DNA of 64,000 nucleotides from Perkinsus olseni (Eukaryota): NCBI GenBank assembly GCA_013115125.1, contig JABANN010000001.1, positions 124,001 to 188,000 of the forward strand, read 5' to 3'. Shown piece by piece: positions 60,975 to 64,000 of this stretch (position 1 is its first letter; each line of letters starts with the position of its first letter). The notes under the pieces were generated by a model. It saw only the letters and a program-made list of their open reading frames with translations, ran no database searches and was not told where the DNA came from. The position numbers and the translations under genes were made by a program.

Positions 60975-61980
60975 ATGTCTCTACCTGCAGCAGCCGAAAG
61001 TGAACTCTACGATAAGAAGTGGACAATCGGGGTAATGACGGGAGGGCGTCCTGAGCCTCCCTGATGTCCATCTCGGACCCGTCATCTCATTCATGGCGTG
61101 GTGTTGTCAGTTCGCTCCGTCCGGGAGGAGCTCTTGCAAGAATACGAAGTGCCTTCATGCTGATGAACCTGATGGGAAGAAGATACCCAAAGGGTCTCTG
61201 AGGATTGGGAGAAAGTAAAGCGGTGCTTAATGGGCATGATACTGGAAATCTCAGAGTTCGAGCGGGAGGGCATTTGTCTCATTTGCGGTCGTATTGAGTT
61301 CATCGCCGGTACTCACGTGAATAGAATGACTTATGAATGAGTGGCATCAACCCAAGCTTCGGCGACTGCTTCCGACTGCTCTCTATGGAGCTTACTGCAT
61401 GATAGTCAGGTTTCCCTCTCCGTTCGACCCCGATGCTGTAGCAGTCAATTGGTTCCATTATGATTGCATGTTCGACCAATTCACCAGAGCTCGCAAAGGG
61501 ACACAGGTACTGCAGCAGGGGTGTTCGCATCTGGGGGGCCTTGAGCGGTCTCGAGTAACTCATCGCCATGGTCATCATCAAGCCCCTCAGATCATCGAGA
61601 GCGGGGACGACATGGACGGGTGGGATGACTTAACTCCTGACGCGAAGGTGCTACTGGGCTAGACGGCTTAGCTGCATATTGTTCGTGAGTAGGCGATCAT
61701 AGAAAAATGCATTAAGAATGAGCACCACGAGGCACCGGCCCCGAAGGACACACCATCCAAGAAGCGGGCCCCGACTGAGCGCTCGACGCAGGGGTCGAAG
61801 GTAATGGGGAGGGGCTGATAGGAAGATGTCTCATTTGATCATCAGACCCCTCATTCGGGGAAGAAGGGCTCAAAGACGCCCGTGAAAAAGACGGTCGAGA
61901 AGAAAGCTGTTGAGAAGAAGCGACGGTCTTCAGTCGGGACGGAGAACCGGAGGGATAAAGGTCGCATCGTAATGCTGTGA
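60975..61980 (+). CDS. Stand-alone PARP/ligase III-type zinc-finger protein with a basic tail (multi-exon)
   Basis: WTIGFAPSGRSSCKNTKC..KIPKGSLRIG..FPSPFD..VNWFHYDCMF..IIESGDDMDGWDDLTPDAK, then a Lys-rich tail. Confidence 0.85.
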
Positions 61981-62319
61981 ATAGTATCGTTCAAAGAGAA
62001 TCTTTTAAACAGTGCATCACGATGATGAGCACTGTATGAAGCAGCAAGGTACCATTTCTTTGCATTCAATGATGATTGTTGTGGTTGAGTTAACAAAGCT
62101 GAAGAAGCCGGCCCACTGAATCAAACTCACGACCTTCTGAACGACAGCCTGGGACACGACCCGCGAGACCAGCAACACGTACAACATCTTCTTGCGCGTC
62201 TAATAACCGCTGACTATTCATAACGATGTACGACGAGACCTTCCAAAATGACGCGTGCTTCTCGCCTTATACACCCACACCTCTCCGAAATACAAGCGGC
62301 ATGAGAATGGATGGAGCAT

Positions 62320-64000
62320 TCAGAGAATACAGGCCCTGTTCGGCTTCCCGTCTACTTCTATAAACACGACGTGTTGATGATAGCAAACAAGAAGCGGTGG
62401 AGGGCAGGTGTGGCGAGCTACACTGCCCATTGCATGCCGCAGAGAAAAGTCGTGTACTGACTTGCGGTGTTCGTGGATGGTCGAGCAGGCCTCGCCCTGA
62501 ATTTCCAACGGCAACTCGGCGAAGGTCCGAATATCTTGCCAGTTCTTGCCCGGTCCAGCAAAGTGGTAGATATAAGCGTCGCCGATCTCCGAGAGGTTTT
62601 GCGTGGTGATCACGTAGTTTATGTCGTTCTCGACGGGATTCACGAAACCGAAAATCGCGGACTGCCGAAAACCAGCCGGCCCGAAGAGCTCCTCAGCAGC
62701 CTCCCACCAGCACATCGAGTAGGCCGCTACACCTGAGAGGGCAGACAGGAAGGGCCTTCAGGAAAGGCAGGGACGTCTGACAGCAGTGTTTAGATATTAA
62801 ACGCTTAAGACTACGCCGCGCTGAAAATACTCACAAAATCGGGAAACTCCGCCCTTGGTTTTTCCGACAGACTTGTAACAGGCCTCAGAGAGTTGCACAT
62901 GCACCGAACAGGTTCATTCTAAGGAAGACCGCCATACTGGGCCCCAACTCACTGTGGTCGCCATTGGCCCCAGGAAGTGCGTACTCGACGCAGCTCGAGT
63001 CGTAGGTGTGCAGCGGCCCCGTCGTTGTGTCGTCGGCGAACTCAAGTATCGTCTCATCGAAAGCCGCTTGGTCATGATGGGCTGTCTGCATCCAGGCCAT
63101 CTTGTCGAGCAGGGAATCCAGGAACGCCAGGCCGGATGGAGTTCCCCGAATAGCCACGACGCCGTTATTGAGCGTCCCCGGCGGAAGAACGTCGCGTATG
63201 ATGACGTGTTGCGTAGCGAAAGTTGTGAAGATGTACTGTGCGAAATCGAAGTCCCAGAAGGCGAGGTTGAGGACAGTATCAGCGTCCACAACAAAAAGGA
63301 GGTCGAAGTCTGGCAAGTGTGCCTGCACGGAACGATGGACAGGGGACTCTCAGTTTTGTAGCATCACTTTCGCCCTGATCCATCGGAGCCAGTTCGGATG
63401 GCGGTACTCTCGCCTCAGTAACCACTGATCAGTATCCAGTACGAACTCGATGGCCCATCGCCGGCACCAGCACCGCCATAAGGTTATGGTGGGCTGGGCG
63501 AGGTCCAGCATGTCAGCGGTCACGGCAATGAGTAGCCCAACACGCTCTGATCGCTCTACGGTAGAGTTCACCTCCACGCGGCCCCTCAGCTGGCGCTCTC
63601 TCAATCGGAAGTTTGCGCAGTATGCCTTCCTGCTCAGCACAACTTCGTTGATTACCGATTCGTTAACAGCTGCATGATCGCCTCCGAAATTTCGCAGCAG
63701 CTCGTGAGCGCGAACCCCGAGCAGGACGCTCTTCGTGCAGTCGTGCATATCGAGTATGTAAGTATTGGTTGCATAGATTGCCAAAGCCAAGGCACACGCT
63801 TCCGCACAGGTTCGACACCGGCTAGCGGCATCTTCTTCGAACCCGAAAGGCGCAAGGATCTCCGCTGTTTGCTGACATCTCGGAGAGGCTTCATAGAACT
63901 CGTGAGAGCATTCCCCCAGGAAATGAGCGCTGGTCTGATGTACCGTATGTGGCCCGAGGGCACCTCCCAGGGAATCGCTATGGCACGATGCTGCAGACCG
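62320..64000 (-). CDS. Glycosyltransferase, GT-A fold, GT34/galactosyltransferase-like (5' end beyond the window)
   Basis: PNWLRWIRAK, FDLLFVVDADTVL (DxD), VIIRD..LNNGVVAIR, HDQAAF, YIYHFAGPGK. Confidence 0.8.

Noticed and set aside
1-64000. CRISPR arrays, rRNA, prophage or autonomous transposon/RT genes
   Set aside because: No regularly spaced repeats, rRNA-like tracts, or transposase/RT/integrase motifs were seen.

Overview
Gene-dense, intron-rich eukaryotic DNA with many short (mostly 40-110 nt) GT-AG introns, so the ORF track breaks most genes into fragments. Intron style and gene content suggest a flagellated alveolate, most likely a Perkinsus-like parasite (inference, not verified). 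Manual splicing gives, in order: an unknown minus-strand gene; PNO1; eIF2-gamma; two intronless secreted Cys-rich paralogues with a tandem saposin-like Cys pattern, set in a dispersed repeat unit; an ELAV-like RRM protein; a small Tom7-like gene; two tandem genes each encoding a Rab2-like GTPase domain fused in one exon to a complete malic enzyme; an actin-like protein; an MFS transporter; CFAP91 plus a decayed partial duplicate; five ZupT-type ZIP metal transporters (two minus, three plus); a TPR protein; NECAP; an HNH/His-Cys-box-like protein; an F-box protein; a large AT-hook protein; a stand-alone PARP-type zinc finger; and a GT34-like glycosyltransferase running off the end. The best candidate for an undescribed system is the duplicated Rab-malic enzyme fusion, whose G3/switch-II region is remodelled the same way in both copies. 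All identifications come from motif recognition by eye; no database search was run and exon boundaries are manual.
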